From: Candidatus Latescibacterota bacterium
GTDB lineage: Bacteria; Latescibacterota; UBA2968
Direction of reading: 5' to 3'
NCBI GenBank assembly: GCA_965220765.1
Contig: OZ244847.1
Coordinates: forward strand, 49,849 to 113,848
Length of the DNA stretch: 64,000 nt
Shown here: piece by piece, positions 48,490 to 59,897 of the stretch
Layout of the letters: every line of letters starts with the position of its first letter
How positions within the stretch are numbered: the stretch's first letter is position 1
Notes under the pieces: generated by a model
What the model was told of the DNA's origin: nothing
The model's input: only the letters and a program-made list of their open reading frames with translations
Database searches by the model: none
Position numbers and translations under genes: made by a program

Positions 48490-49317
48490 TTAATACTTTC
48501 GCGCCAGCGGATCTGCGCCGAGGACATTGGGATGGGCAATTGCATTGCGGAGGGCTGTATAGAGGGGATGGAGACACTCGACATTTTCTGAGAGGGATCG
48601 TATCACAAAAAGATCGGGTCTGGGGGAAGCAAAGGAAAGCAAAAGAGAATCCCGCGAGGGCTTCAACAAAGGAGCGAGCGTTTGGGAAAGACTTTCGGCC
48701 AGATATGTAAATTTCCCAGAAGAACCAGCAACAAAAATATTAAAAACGACATTATACTTCCCAAACGCACCCGTATATGCTGGCGACAACATCCCCGGCT
48801 CGGAATAATAGCGCTCCACCAGAACCGGGCGTTTGGCCGTATGCACAGTAATATCAGACCGGTAACTCGTGTACGCAAAATGCTCGCCAAAAGCCATGCG
48901 TCCAGCCGTATGACCATCGGCGAGCACCAGACATGCGTCAGACCCCAGATGCCACGTCTGCCCCTGCTCAAAAACACTTCGCGCATACGGAACAACGGGA
49001 TCGGGCAAAACAACGGCAAGGCCTCCGGCTTCCACCTCACCGACAATCTTTTGTTTACACGGAATACCATTCGGACTCTTATAAACCTTGGTAAACGCCT
49101 GAGTCCCCAGATAAAGCGCCGCCCCTTCACCACATCGCACACGCAGCGTCGTCGCATCCCCTTCCACCATACCGCCCCCATAACTGGAAAGCACAACAGC
49201 GCAATAATCGCCCTGCGCGGCGGGATTGAGCAACTTCAAAGGCGCGACTGAGCGACAGGCAGTCAGGACCGAACGGGAGCCATTACACGTCACTTCAATT
49301 TGGGAAGGAAGCATCAT
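48490..49317 (-). CDS. ureD: Urease accessory protein UreD
   Basis: [25 protein letters not shown]; lies in the urease operon. Confidence 0.9.
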   Translation of the reverse strand: MMLPSQIEVTCNGSRSVLTACRSVAPLKLLNPAAQGDYCAVVLSSYGGGMVEGDATTLRVRCGEGAALYLGTQAFTKVYKSPNGIPCKQKIVGEVEAGGLAVVLPDPVVPYARSVFEQGQTWHLGSDACLVLADGHTAGRMAFGEHFAYTSYRSDITVHTAKRPVLVERYYSEPGMLSPAYTGAFGKYNVVFNIFVAGSSGKFTYLAESLSQTLAPLLKPSRDSLLLSFASPRPDLFVIRSLSENVECLHPLYTALRNAIAHPNVLGADPLARKY

Positions 49318-50048
49318 CGCGGCTGAGGTGACAGAACAGACCTGCGCGCTCGGAGAACATGCCCAATAATCTCGTCGAGACCAGACCCGTGTTTCAAACA
49401 GGCAAAAATCGTGGGACCATCTCCGCGCATCTTCTTTGCATCCCGCGCCATAACCCCCAGATCTGCGCCAATGAGACCGGCGAGATCGGTCTTATTGATA
49501 ACCAACAAATCCGATTGCGTAATCCCCGGTCCCCCTTTTCGGGGAATCTTGTCCCCAGCGGACACATCAATCACATAAATCGCGTAATCGACAAGCTCCT
49601 TGCTAAAATGCGCCGCCAGATTATCGCCACCGCTCTCCACAAAAAGCAAATCGATATCGCACGCAAAGCGGATCATCAGATCCTCAAGCGCGTTCAAATT
49701 CAGCGAAATATCCTCGCGAATAGCTGCATGCGGGCATCCGCCCGTCTCAACGCCAATAATGCGATCGGCCTCAAGCGCCTTGTGGCGCAAGAGAAACTCG
49801 GCATCCTCGCGCGTAAAAATATCATTCGTAACCACACCGAGACTGAAGCGTTCGCGCAGAGCTTCGCACAGCACGCGAACAAGCGCCGTCTTCCCCGTCC
49901 CCACCGGACCACCAACCCCCACGGTAAATGCCCGCTGTGAAAAATCGCGCTCACCGAGAACCGACTCGCGCAGAGCAAAATCGCCGGGAGATTCAAAAGG
50001 CTCGTGAGAATGATCGTGGTCGTGATGATCGTCATGGTGATTATGCAT
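49314..50048 (-). CDS. ureG: Urease accessory GTPase UreG with a His-rich N-terminus
   Basis: [26 protein letters not shown]; start [16 protein letters not shown]. Confidence 0.96.
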   Translation of the reverse strand: MHNHHDDHHDHDHSHEPFESPGDFALRESVLGERDFSQRAFTVGVGGPVGTGKTALVRVLCEALRERFSLGVVTNDIFTREDAEFLLRHKALEADRIIGVETGGCPHAAIREDISLNLNALEDLMIRFACDIDLLFVESGGDNLAAHFSKELVDYAIYVIDVSAGDKIPRKGGPGITQSDLLVINKTDLAGLIGADLGVMARDAKKMRGDGPTIFACLKHGSGLDEIIGHVLRARRSVLSPQPR

Positions 50049-50058
50049 AGCAAATCCT

Positions 50059-50727
50059 TTAACTCTGAAACAACCGCGAATACAGATACTCGTGCACACC
50101 CTGTGCAACATCCCATTGGGGTGCACAGCGCGTCGCACACGTATAATCTACCTGCGCGACAGAAGTCATAGCCCGAATCGCCGTCTTGTGATGGCGTTTT
50201 TGCAACCGCGCGGCTTCGAGAGGACCAATCTGCCCCAGACGCACAGCCGCACTGATCTGATCGCGCAAAAATTGATACATAAAAATCCGACACGTCTGAC
50301 CGCGTTTAAGTCCTGCAGCCCGAAATGTCGTACCAAAAACAACCGTATAATGAGCCGGCACAGGTTGTGCAAGCAATGTCCTGTGCAAACGCGCCATCGC
50401 ATCGGAAAAATACAAATCGCGCATCAAACGCAACAAATTGCGCCCCTGCACCTCACTGCCGCGAACAATCGCCGGTGCCGTAAGCATAGCATCGTAAGTC
50501 AGCAAAACATCGGTCAAATCTGCGGGAATCGGATCACCCTTAAAACACGCATTAATAAACGGAATCTCACCATTTGCCGTCGCGTGAATCACCGTTTGAA
50601 GATACGCATCCAGATCATCAGAAGACCGCAACAACCCCATCTGTTTGGTCGCCTCCAGCCCATTGGAAAATGCATATCCACCCGTGGGGAAATTGCTATC
50701 GGCAAGTGTGAGAAGGTCGAGGAGCAT
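50059..50727 (-). CDS. ureF: Urease accessory protein UreF
   Basis: [33 protein letters not shown]. Confidence 0.93.
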   Translation of the reverse strand: MLLDLLTLADSNFPTGGYAFSNGLEATKQMGLLRSSDDLDAYLQTVIHATANGEIPFINACFKGDPIPADLTDVLLTYDAMLTAPAIVRGSEVQGRNLLRLMRDLYFSDAMARLHRTLLAQPVPAHYTVVFGTTFRAAGLKRGQTCRIFMYQFLRDQISAAVRLGQIGPLEAARLQKRHHKTAIRAMTSVAQVDYTCATRCAPQWDVAQGVHEYLYSRLFQS

Positions 50728-50729
50728 AA

Positions 50730-52433
50730 TCAAAACAAATTATAAAGCTGTGCCAGCGGCAACTTCTCTGCCGCCTCACAGGTAAGCAACTCGCCATTGA
50801 CCGTAACGCTATAAGTCTCTGGATCAATGTGAATATCGGGAATAAAATCATTGAGCTTCATATCCTTCTTCCCAATATCCCGACAATTGGACACTGCAAC
50901 AACGCCTTTGGACAGATCATAAGCCGCAACGGTCTCCAGCGAAGCCCGGGAAACAAAAGCGAGCGACGTAGAACCCACGGCATTGCCATAAGCACCAAAC
51001 ATGGGACGCGGATACACGGGTTGCGGCGTGGGAATCGAGGCATTTGGATCGCCCATTTGCGAATACGCGATCACCCCCCCCTTAATCACCATCTCGGGTT
51101 TCGCACCAAAAAAAGATGGCTTCCAGAGCACGAGATCCGCGAGTTTGCCCACCTCAACCGAACCGATATGATCGCTCAAACCATGAGCCGTCGCGGGATT
51201 AATCGTGTACTTGGCGATATACCGCTTCACACGCCCATTATCATTCCCCCCATCGCCGTTCAATGCACCGCGTTGTTCCCGCATCTTATGAGCGGTCTGC
51301 CACGTACGACAAATAACCTCCCCCACGCGCCCCATAGCCTGACTATCCGATGCAATAATCGACAGCGCCCCCATATCGTGCAAAATATCTTCTGCCGCAA
51401 TCGTCTCCTGCCGGATCCGACTCTCGGCAAAAGCGACATCCTCGGGTATATTCTTATCCAGATGATGACACACCATGAGCATATCCAGATGCTCGTCAAT
51501 CGTATTCGCCGTAAAAGGCCGCGTGGGATTGGTAGAAGAAGGCAAAACATTCGCCTCGCCGCAAAGACGCATAATATCCGGCGCGTGTCCCCCTCCTGCA
51601 CCCTCGGTGTGATACGTATGAATCGTGCGTCCCTTAAAAGCCGCACAACTCTGCTCGACAAAACCCGACTCATTGAGCGTATCCGTGTGAATCGCCACCT
51701 GAACATCGTATTCATCGGCAACCGAAAGACAGGAATCAATAGCAGCAGGCGTCGTACCCCAATCCTCGTGAAGTTTAAGACCGCATGCACCCCCTTCGAT
51801 CTGCTCGACAAGCCCTTGCGGAAGCGAAGAATTGCCCTTGCCCAAAAATCCAAAATTGAGGGGAAAGGCATCACTCGACTCGAGCATCATGCGAATGTGG
51901 TCCGCCCCCGGTGTACACGTCGTGGCATTCGTACCCGTAGCCGGTCCCGTGCCACCACCGAGCATCGTCGTAATACCCGAAGCAATCGCCTCCTCAACTT
52001 GCTGAGGACAAATAAAATGGACATGCACATCGAGCGCACCAGCCGTGAGTATATGCCCTTCACCCGCAATAACCTCAGTCGTAACCCCCACGATGAGATC
52101 GGGATCAACACCCGACATAATATCGGGATTACCCGCTTTGCCAACACCGGCGATGCGCCCATTTTTAATCCCAATATCCGCCTTGTATATCCCCGTATAA
52201 TCAACGACAAGCGCATTGGTAATCACGAGGTCCAGTGCCCTATCCTGCGACACCCCCGTAGCCTGCCCCATGCCATCGCGCAGCACCTTACCGCCGCCAA
52301 ACTTGCATTCATCGCCGTAAATCGTATAATCGTTTTCCACCTCAACGACGAGATGGGTATCGCCCAACTGGACGCGGTCTCCCGTAGTGGGACCGTACAT
52401 ACTGGCATAAGCAGTTCGATCAATCTGAGACAT
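50730..52433 (-). CDS. ureC: Urease subunit alpha
   Basis: [39 protein letters not shown]; start set at MSQIDR. Confidence 0.97.
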   Translation of the reverse strand: MSQIDRTAYASMYGPTTGDRVQLGDTHLVVEVENDYTIYGDECKFGGGKVLRDGMGQATGVSQDRALDLVITNALVVDYTGIYKADIGIKNGRIAGVGKAGNPDIMSGVDPDLIVGVTTEVIAGEGHILTAGALDVHVHFICPQQVEEAIASGITTMLGGGTGPATGTNATTCTPGADHIRMMLESSDAFPLNFGFLGKGNSSLPQGLVEQIEGGACGLKLHEDWGTTPAAIDSCLSVADEYDVQVAIHTDTLNESGFVEQSCAAFKGRTIHTYHTEGAGGGHAPDIMRLCGEANVLPSSTNPTRPFTANTIDEHLDMLMVCHHLDKNIPEDVAFAESRIRQETIAAEDILHDMGALSIIASDSQAMGRVGEVICRTWQTAHKMREQRGALNGDGGNDNGRVKRYIAKYTINPATAHGLSDHIGSVEVGKLADLVLWKPSFFGAKPEMVIKGGVIAYSQMGDPNASIPTPQPVYPRPMFGAYGNAVGSTSLAFVSRASLETVAAYDLSKGVVAVSNCRDIGKKDMKLNDFIPDIHIDPETYSVTVNGELLTCEAAEKLPLAQLYNLF

Positions 52434-53184
52434 TTGGAATCCCCTTAAATCCACCATCCCCCGCCCTCTGCAAAGCCTCTGCCTTATTCTCATCCATCTG
52501 CCCCGAAATAAGGCCATTCCCCCCATAGACCGTGCGGTTGCCGGCAATAGCGACGAGATTAACCGTTCTACTTTCCCCCGGTTCAAAACGCACGGCAGTA
52601 CCAGATGGAATATCGAGACGGAAGCCATAAGCTTTTTCGCGATCAAATGAAAGCGCGGGATTAACTTCAAAAAAGGTATAATGCGAACCCACCTGTATCG
52701 GACGATCACCAGTATTGGTCACAGAAAGGGAAATGGTCTCTCTATCCGCATTGAGCGTAATCGGATCCGCAGCCGTAGTCCCGGTACCCGGCCTTTCAGA
52801 AACCGTATTATCCGGCGACCAGGGCGAGCGGACGCGCGTAAGCCCCGAACTGTACAACGCGAGTTCAGAATCGCCTTCTGCGCGGCAAATCGGATGGTGA
52901 ACCGTCACGAGCTTCGTCCCATCGGGAAACGTACCCTCCACCTGCACCTCGTGAACCATATCGGGAACACCGGGCAAAACATCTTCCGTACCGAGCAACT
53001 GTTTGCCCTTGTCCATAAGCGTGGCAACGGACTCGCCATCGCGGATAAATTCGAGAAGCTGTGCCGCGATAAGCGACACGGCTTCGGGATAATTGAGACG
53101 CAAGCCCCGGGCATACCGCTTCTGCGCGAGAAAACCCGCGTTGTGAAGCATCAATTTGTCAATTTCTTTCGGCGATAAATACAT
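52420..53184 (-). CDS. ureAB: Urease gamma/beta fused subunit
   Basis: [10 protein letters not shown]...[11 protein letters not shown] (gamma) plus [12 protein letters not shown]...AVRFEPG (beta). Confidence 0.95.
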   Translation of the reverse strand: MYLSPKEIDKLMLHNAGFLAQKRYARGLRLNYPEAVSLIAAQLLEFIRDGESVATLMDKGKQLLGTEDVLPGVPDMVHEVQVEGTFPDGTKLVTVHHPICRAEGDSELALYSSGLTRVRSPWSPDNTVSERPGTGTTAADPITLNADRETISLSVTNTGDRPIQVGSHYTFFEVNPALSFDREKAYGFRLDIPSGTAVRFEPGESRTVNLVAIAGNRTVYGGNGLISGQMDENKAEALQRAGDGGFKGIPNVSD

Positions 53185-53196
53185 GGAAATCCCTGA

Positions 53197-53931
53197 TCAA
53201 AACGTAAGATACTGCTTAATACTCTCATCCGACAATTCATCCGCAGAACCGCACAACGCAATGGTCCCGCGATCCATCAAATAAAAATAATCGGCAATCT
53301 GTCGGGCAAAATCAAAATACTGCTCCACCAGAATAATAGTGAGATTGCCTTTGTCCTTCAGGTGAATCAACACATTTTCAATATCGAGAATAATCGAAGG
53401 CTGAATACCTTCTGTGGGTTCATCCAGAATGAGAATATCCGGATCGCCAACGAGCGCACGGGCAATGGCGAGTTGCTGTTGCTGCCCACCACTGAGATTT
53501 CCACCCATACGATCTTGCATATCGGCCAACACAGGAAAAAGATCGTAAATCAGATCCTCCGGCAGGGTTGTAAGACCATCTGTACGCGCTTCCAAACCAA
53601 TCTGCAAATTCTCATTCACCGTCAGCCTGGGAAAAATCTCGCGCCCTTGCGGCACATAACTCAAACCCGCGCGCGCCCGCAAATCCGGTGTCTGCACCGT
53701 TATATTTTCCCCATTCAACAGAATATTCCCTCGCCGAGGACGTAACAGACCAACAATCGTCTTAATAAGCGTCGTCTTCCCAACCCCATTGCGCCCCATA
53801 ACTGCCACAATAGCCCCCCGGGGAATATCCATACCAATATCGCGCAAAATCTGACTCTCGCCGTAATAAACATCCAGGCCTCGAACGGCAAGCGCGGTGT
53901 CTGTGGTCGTCGTCATTAAAATACTATCCAT
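53197..53931 (-). CDS. urtE: Urea ABC transporter ATP-binding protein UrtE
   Basis: GRNGVGKT, YVPQGREIF, LSGGQQQQLAI, DEPTEGIQP. Confidence 0.92.
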   Translation of the reverse strand: MDSILMTTTTDTALAVRGLDVYYGESQILRDIGMDIPRGAIVAVMGRNGVGKTTLIKTIVGLLRPRRGNILLNGENITVQTPDLRARAGLSYVPQGREIFPRLTVNENLQIGLEARTDGLTTLPEDLIYDLFPVLADMQDRMGGNLSGGQQQQLAIARALVGDPDILILDEPTEGIQPSIILDIENVLIHLKDKGNLTIILVEQYFDFARQIADYFYLMDRGTIALCGSADELSDESIKQYLTF

Positions 53932-54684
53932 TCAATGCTGCGCACTACCCAAATAACACTCAATAACCCGGGGATCATTTTGCACCTGATCCATCGGTCC
54001 CTCAACGAGCACCTTGCCCTCGTGGAGAACCGTGACAGTGCGCGCGATCTGTCTCACAAATTCCATATCGTGTTCAATAACAATAATCGCGTGATTCATC
54101 GTCAAGCGTTCGAGAAGTTCCCCAGTCTTAACCGTCTCTTCATCCGTCATACCAGCAGCGGGTTCATCAATCAAAAAAAGCTCGGGATCTTGCAAAATGA
54201 CCATCGCAATCTCGAGCCACTGTTTCTGCCCGTGCGAAAGAGCATCAGCAACCGTATGCAGATGATCAGCCAAACCCGTTTGTTCTGCAACAGCATTGAT
54301 GCGATCTCGATTCTTGTCCGACAGACGCGAAACAAGTGAAAAAAGAACCGTGCGATCGGTTTTGAGCGCGAGCATCAGATTCTCGTACACCGTAAGAGAG
54401 GTAAAAACAGAAGGCGTTTGAAACTTCCGACCAACACCCGCTTTGACAATCGCATCTTCGCTCATCTGGGTGAGATCAAACTTTTCAAAACGCGCACTGC
54501 CGCGATCGGGTCTGGTCTTGCCACACAAAACATCGAGAAAAGTGGTCTTACCCGCACCATTTGGACCGATAACAACGCGCAATTCGCGGTCGTGCAGGAT
54601 AAACTCGTCTATATCGAGCGCGACAAAGCCATCAAAAGACACGCGCAGATCTTGAACAGTCAGCAAAACCGGATCAAATATCAT
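53932..54684 (-). CDS. urtD: Urea ABC transporter ATP-binding protein UrtD
   Basis: GPNGAGKT, GRKFQTP, LSHGQKQWLEI. Confidence 0.92.
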   Translation of the reverse strand: MIFDPVLLTVQDLRVSFDGFVALDIDEFILHDRELRVVIGPNGAGKTTFLDVLCGKTRPDRGSARFEKFDLTQMSEDAIVKAGVGRKFQTPSVFTSLTVYENLMLALKTDRTVLFSLVSRLSDKNRDRINAVAEQTGLADHLHTVADALSHGQKQWLEIAMVILQDPELFLIDEPAAGMTDEETVKTGELLERLTMNHAIIVIEHDMEFVRQIARTVTVLHEGKVLVEGPMDQVQNDPRVIECYLGSAQH

Positions 54685-54685
54685 A

Positions 54686-55780
54686 TCAATCCTGGCTTTC
54701 AGCAGGTACAGGTAAAGTGGCGCGTGTGGGCAAGAATCGCTTCAGACTACTTATCTTAATCTTAGACCGCAGACCAATGAGACCATCGGGAAAAAAGAGC
54801 ACAACACCGATAAAAAGGAATCCCAAAAAATAGAGCCAGGTACCGGGGAATGCACCCGTCAAAAAACTGTACAAAAGATTGACAAGTACTGCACCGATAA
54901 TAGGACCGATCAGAGTCCCCCGCCCACCAACAGCAACCCATATCACCATCTCAATAGAAGCCTGCACATCCATCCGACCCGGTGTAATAATCCCGGTCTG
55001 AGGCACATAGAGCAATCCACCCAGAGCGCCGAGCATACTTGCCATCACAAACACGAATACTTTGTAACTGGCAACGCGATAGCCGATAAAACGCAACCGA
55101 TGCTCGCTATCGCGAACCGCAATAAGCACGCGACCGAGCTTGGATTTTACCATAAATCGGCATAAAAAGTAAGAAGCAAAAAGCGTGACAAAAGCAATAA
55201 TATAAAGACCGCGTTTGCTCGCCGGATCGGCCAACTCAAAACCGAGCAAAGTTTTAAAATCCGTCAGGCCATTGGTACCGCCGAGCATGGTTTCATTCCG
55301 CAAAAAAATGAGCCAGACCCCCAGGGCAAGAGCCTGCGTAATAATGGCAAAATAAACCCCCTGGAGACGGCTGCGAAAAGCGAGAAACCCAAAAATGAGC
55401 GCAATAAGCGCCGGAATCATAAGCGCCAGTATAAACGCAAATGTAAAAGCGTGAAAAGGCTCCCAAAAGATGGGCAATTGCTCCACGCGATTCCACACCA
55501 TAAAATCGGGCAACGCACTCCCATAAACCCCTTGCGTACCCGTCTTGAGCAGCATGTGCATGCCAATCGCATATCCACCCAAACAAAAAAAGAATGCCTG
55601 ACACAGCGACAGAATACCCGTATATCCCCAGATCAGATCAATCCCCAGTGCGGCAATCGCAAAACAAAAATAGCGACCCCAGAGATTTAACGTCGTATCT
55701 GAAAGCAACCCCATAGCATTGAGCACAGGCGCGGCAATACCAAAAATGAGGAATACAATAATGGGACGGTAATAAGCCAT
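54686..55780 (-). CDS. urtC: Urea ABC transporter permease UrtC
   Basis: DLIWGYTGILSL, LPDFMVW, GVYFAIITQA, GGTNG. Confidence 0.92.
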   Translation of the reverse strand: MAYYRPIIVFLIFGIAAPVLNAMGLLSDTTLNLWGRYFCFAIAALGIDLIWGYTGILSLCQAFFFCLGGYAIGMHMLLKTGTQGVYGSALPDFMVWNRVEQLPIFWEPFHAFTFAFILALMIPALIALIFGFLAFRSRLQGVYFAIITQALALGVWLIFLRNETMLGGTNGLTDFKTLLGFELADPASKRGLYIIAFVTLFASYFLCRFMVKSKLGRVLIAVRDSEHRLRFIGYRVASYKVFVFVMASMLGALGGLLYVPQTGIITPGRMDVQASIEMVIWVAVGGRGTLIGPIIGAVLVNLLYSFLTGAFPGTWLYFLGFLFIGVVLFFPDGLIGLRSKIKISSLKRFLPTRATLPVPAESQD

Positions 55781-55792
55781 AAAATATCTCGT

Positions 55793-57466
55793 CTATTCGT
55801 CCCTCCCCTTCGCGGGAAAGATGCCCGTGGGACGCAACTGTAAAAAAAGGATAATAAGGCCCAAAATGAGAACCTTGGCATAAACGGCTTCGGCAAAGGG
55901 CTCAATAACCTTATTGGACAGGCCAATACCGAGACCTGCGACAATAGTTCCCAAAATTTTTCCAACACCACCCACGACAACCACGAGAAACGCATCGACA
56001 ATATACGTCTGCCCCATATTTGGAACGACATTGCCAATAAGCGTCATAGCCCACCCTGCGATACCCGCGATACCCGTACCTATAAAAAAAGCAATCGCGT
56101 CAACGCGACGGGTGGGAACACCCATACAAGCACTCATCCCGCGATTTTGTGTAACCGCACGCAACCGAAGCCCAAAGCGAGTCTTAAAGAAAAATGCGAC
56201 CAAACCAATCAGAATGACGGTCGTGAGACAGATGATAAAGATCCGGTTATACGGCAACAGCACCTGTGGTGCTAACTCGAAACCGCCACTGAGAATTTGG
56301 GGCAGCTTGACAGCCGTGAGATCGCCAAAAATCGTACGCGCGAGTTGCACGAGAATAAGACTAATACCCCATGTCGCCAACAGGCTTTCGAGAGGGCGGT
56401 TGTAAAGGCGGCGAATAATCAGGGACTCAACGAGCAATCCCATACTACCAGCCGTGAGAAATGCAATAGGTAAAGACAGGGGGAAAAACAGATCGATATA
56501 GGCTGCAGGCAGGACAATCATGCAAATATTCTGCACAATAAACGTAAAATAAGCCCCAACCATCATAAATTCGCCATGCGCCATATTGATAATACCGATC
56601 TGCCCATAAATAACCGCCAGACCAAGCGCAATCAGAATGAGAATAGACCCCAGACTGAGACCGACAAAAGCAGTCTGGATCGCAACCATGATCTGGTTGA
56701 AAGTTTCCAGCCACTGAATCGCATCGCGTATTTCGCTTTGAACCGCGGGATCTGACTCTGCAATATTGCCATTGGCATCGGGTTCAACACGAGCTTGTAA
56801 AAAAGAAAGGACAAATGTGTTGTTGAGTTCACCCAGCGCTTTGGCCGCGTTGAGACGAACCTCGGGATCGGGATGTGTGAGCTCGAGCTTGCCCAGAGCA
56901 ACGCGGATCAGACTTTGAATACTACTATCCGTTTCTTTCTCCAGAGCATCTCGCAACATGGGGACCGCGCCCAGACCGCCGCGATTACCCAGCGTCTCTA
57001 CAGCAACGCGGCGCTTGCCGGGATCCGGATGAAAAATCTCCATCTGCGTGAGATAGGGTTGAATAAGCGCGCGGATGCGGCGGTTGCTATCAATCTCTTC
57101 GAGATCGATCAGCGATGCAATAAGGGGCTTACCCTCATCGTTCAGAATGGGATGGCGTTTGGGATATGCGGTGTAGAGCGGGGCTAAGGTATCGCCATAA
57201 TCGTCTTCTTGCATGTCGCCGATAATGACGAGCTCATTATTCTTCAGATAGAGTTCACCGTTAAAAAGCGCAACCATCAGGGCATAATAAGCGACATCTT
57301 TCGCATCGGAAATAACTCTAACCGCAGTAGTGATGCTATCGCGGTCATTGCTGACGATGCGCCCGAGTTGCAATTGGTGATCTATCTGTGCCTGGATGGG
57401 CGATGCGCCCAAAATGAGGGCCAGCGCGCAGACAGAGCGCAAAAAATTGTGGCGTTTTATTTTCAT
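55793..57466 (-). CDS. urtB: Urea ABC transporter permease UrtB with an N-terminal HEAT-like periplasmic domain
   Basis: INMAHGEF, RPLESLLATWG, LRAVTQNR. Confidence 0.92.
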   Translation of the reverse strand: MKIKRHNFLRSVCALALILGASPIQAQIDHQLQLGRIVSNDRDSITTAVRVISDAKDVAYYALMVALFNGELYLKNNELVIIGDMQEDDYGDTLAPLYTAYPKRHPILNDEGKPLIASLIDLEEIDSNRRIRALIQPYLTQMEIFHPDPGKRRVAVETLGNRGGLGAVPMLRDALEKETDSSIQSLIRVALGKLELTHPDPEVRLNAAKALGELNNTFVLSFLQARVEPDANGNIAESDPAVQSEIRDAIQWLETFNQIMVAIQTAFVGLSLGSILILIALGLAVIYGQIGIINMAHGEFMMVGAYFTFIVQNICMIVLPAAYIDLFFPLSLPIAFLTAGSMGLLVESLIIRRLYNRPLESLLATWGISLILVQLARTIFGDLTAVKLPQILSGGFELAPQVLLPYNRIFIICLTTVILIGLVAFFFKTRFGLRLRAVTQNRGMSACMGVPTRRVDAIAFFIGTGIAGIAGWAMTLIGNVVPNMGQTYIVDAFLVVVVGGVGKILGTIVAGLGIGLSNKVIEPFAEAVYAKVLILGLIILFLQLRPTGIFPAKGRDE

Positions 57467-57487
57467 GCGTTTTAAATGGTAAAACGG

Positions 57488-57515
57488 GTAGGGGCGAGGC
57501 ATGCCTCGCCCCTAC
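57488..57515. repeat. GTAG-type REP, perfect 28-bp palindrome
   Basis: GTAGGGGCGAGGCATGCCTCGCCCCTAC. Confidence 0.8.
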
Positions 57516-57518
57516 TGA

Positions 57519-58418
57519 TTAAAACGTAAAAATAGATTCAAAAGCAAACAGGGTTACTTCTGAATCAATATCGCGGCGCAATTCGGCCAACACCCCCCAG
57601 TTATCGGTAATCGTATAGCTGGGACTAAAAGTAATCTCCGTAAACTTTCCATCGGCATCTGTATCCAGACCACTGTAGCGCACCGTGGCACCAACCTTGT
57701 CGGACAAAGCCATATTGCCCATTAAAATCCAGCCATAGCCACTATTGCCACTTTCCCCCCAGTTCGCCAGATAGTTGTATTCCGCCGCCAGTGTCACAGG
57801 ACCTGTGGCATACATTGCCCAACCATTGAGAAGCGATTGCTCAAAACCACCCATATCTTCCCAGAGATACGCGACCTTGGCCGTAAATACTTCAACAGGT
57901 GTAAAAGCAACTTGTGCTTCAAAACCCAGATCGTCAAAACTGGTGTCGGACCCATCCCACACGCTGGAGACAACAGAGCCAAAAAAGCCGACTTTGCCAT
58001 TTCCAAACCCCACAGCGGCACCATTTTGATAACCGCCATAAACGAGTGTGGCAGAATAAGAGTACTGATACAGACCCGTGGGTTCTGCGGCTTCCCAACC
58101 CGAACAACTCAAAAACTTACCCCCCGTAATACTGAATCCATTCGGAGCTTTGTAAGTCACAAAAGCCTGTTCGAGATCAACAGAGCCTCCACTGAGACTA
58201 TTGATATCGGCCTGGGCCATCAGGCCGTGTCCATAGTTGTAAATAAAGTCAACTTCAAACTGATCAAAAGACAGATTATTGGATTTGGATGCCGTGTCGT
58301 AAGTTGACGACATATCGAAAAATCCCGTAACCGTGAAATTATCTGTAATTTTGATCTGAGCGAATGACGAAGTGGCGGAAAAAGCCAGGATCGTGAGAAG
58401 CAGCAACAATTTTTTCAT
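57519..58418 (-). CDS. Outer-membrane beta-barrel porin within the urea operon
   Basis: Signal peptide, LEQAFV, GKF..GWEAAEP, amphipathic strands, C-terminal Phe. Confidence 0.8.
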   Translation of the reverse strand: MKKLLLLLTILAFSATSSFAQIKITDNFTVTGFFDMSSTYDTASKSNNLSFDQFEVDFIYNYGHGLMAQADINSLSGGSVDLEQAFVTYKAPNGFSITGGKFLSCSGWEAAEPTGLYQYSYSATLVYGGYQNGAAVGFGNGKVGFFGSVVSSVWDGSDTSFDDLGFEAQVAFTPVEVFTAKVAYLWEDMGGFEQSLLNGWAMYATGPVTLAAEYNYLANWGESGNSGYGWILMGNMALSDKVGATVRYSGLDTDADGKFTEITFSPSYTITDNWGVLAELRRDIDSEVTLFAFESIFTF

Positions 58419-58436
58419 TTTTTTCTCCTATTTCGC

Positions 58437-58463
58437 GGGCGGAGCAATCGAATTGCCCCGCCC
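58437..58463. repeat. Intergenic hairpin (REP-like) between urtA and the porin gene
   Basis: GGGCGGAGCAAT-CGA-ATTGCCCCGCCC. Confidence 0.55.
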
Positions 58464-58469
58464 TATTCA

Positions 58470-59735
58470 CTACTGTTTGAGAGTATAGGTTCCCATGTGC
58501 TCGACATGATCGCAATCTTTGTCCGCACTCGTGATATCGTCCCAGGGATCGGGAGCGACGAGGCCATCGGTCTCATACACAATCTTGAATTGACCGTTCT
58601 TGCGAATTTCGCCAATCAGCACGGGCTTGTGCAAATGGTGATTCACCGGATCCATCATCACCGTACCACCCGGACCGTCAAATTTGAGGCCATAAAGCGC
58701 GGGACGCACAGCATCAACATCAAAAGAACCGGCTTTTTCCACTGCCGCTTTCCAGAGATAAACACCCACATAAGACCACACGATGGGATCATCGGTAACC
58801 CGCTTCGCACCTCCGGGCAACCCATTTGCCGCGCAATAATCCTTAAACTTTTTCACAAACGCGCGATTTTCCGCAACGGGAATAGATTGGAAATAATTCC
58901 AGGCAGCCAGATGACCAACGAGAAACTCCGTATCCATCGAACGCAATTCATCTTCAGCAACAGAAAATGCCATAATCGGACACATTGCCGATGTGAGACC
59001 CTGATTGGCGAATTCCTTGTAGAACGGGACATTGGAGTCACCATTAATGGTCGATAAGACAGCGGCGTCGCCATTGGCGGCAAAGCGCTTGATCTTCTGG
59101 ACTATGGTCTGATAGTCCTGATGGTGAAAAGGCGTATATTCTTCAATAATATTCTCTTCGGGCACACCCTTGTGCAGCAAAAAAGCACGGAGAATCTTAT
59201 TCGCAGTACGCGGGAAAACATAGTCCGTACCCAGCAGATAAAACTTCTTATAACTGCCCCCCTCTTCACTCATCAGATATTCCGCAGCGGGAATTAGCTG
59301 CTGGTTGGGCGTAGCACCGGTATAAATAATATTGCGAGAACACTCCTCCCCTTCGTATTGAACGGGATAAAAGAGCAAACCATTGCTCTCTTCAAAAACC
59401 GGCAAAACAGACTTGCGCGAAACCGAAGTCCAGCAACCAAAAGTCACGTCAACCTTCTCTTCCCGAAGCAGCATTTTGGCTTTCTCGGCAAATAGATCCC
59501 AGTCCGATGCCGGATCGACAACCACGGGTTCAATCTTCTTCCCCAGCACGCCGCCACTGGCATTGATTTCCTCAACAGCCATAAGTACGACATCCCGCAG
59601 GGAAACCTCAGAAATAGCCATGGTCCCACTGAGAGAGTGCAGCACGCCGAGTTTAACAGTCTCCTCTGCGTGAACAGTAAGACCCGTAGTGCATAGCAAT
59701 GCAGCAGCAAACAACATATTCATAAACTTTTTCAT
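58470..59735 (-). CDS. urtA: Urea ABC transporter substrate-binding protein UrtA
   Basis: LHSLSGTMAISE, FGCWTSVSRKSVLP, YPVQYEG, GTDYVFPRTAN; GGAGG Shine-Dalgarno. Confidence 0.95.
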   Translation of the reverse strand: MKKFMNMLFAAALLCTTGLTVHAEETVKLGVLHSLSGTMAISEVSLRDVVLMAVEEINASGGVLGKKIEPVVVDPASDWDLFAEKAKMLLREEKVDVTFGCWTSVSRKSVLPVFEESNGLLFYPVQYEGEECSRNIIYTGATPNQQLIPAAEYLMSEEGGSYKKFYLLGTDYVFPRTANKILRAFLLHKGVPEENIIEEYTPFHHQDYQTIVQKIKRFAANGDAAVLSTINGDSNVPFYKEFANQGLTSAMCPIMAFSVAEDELRSMDTEFLVGHLAAWNYFQSIPVAENRAFVKKFKDYCAANGLPGGAKRVTDDPIVWSYVGVYLWKAAVEKAGSFDVDAVRPALYGLKFDGPGGTVMMDPVNHHLHKPVLIGEIRKNGQFKIVYETDGLVAPDPWDDITSADKDCDHVEHMGTYTLKQ

Positions 59736-59825
59736 ACGTGTAATACCTCCATTGTGTGTAGTTCCTCGAAAAAACAAAATCTTCTTAATAAATGGGTTAG
59801 CCAACAAAAGCCTCCTTTCAACAAG

Positions 59826-59897
59826 GCAATACCCGATGAGGATCGCGGCACATACAGTTTACCCCGCCGCAATACCCGATGATCGCGACGGGGTAAA
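59826..59897 (-). promoter_or_regulatory. Candidate structured leader of the urt/ure operon (hairpin plus duplicated loop motif)
   Basis: Sense-strand 13-bp stem TTTACCCCGTCGC/GCGGCGGGGTAAA with one G-U pair; the motif CATCGGGTATTGC occurs twice, 43 bp apart. Confidence 0.45.

Noticed and set aside
50829-52448. 539-aa + strand ORF
   Set aside because: Antisense shadow of ureC.
52434-52709. N-terminal extension of the ureC ORF, suggesting a frameshifted single-chain urease
   Set aside because: It overlaps ureAB in another frame with no urease-like sequence. ureC has its own ATG at 52433 and I see no slippery site.
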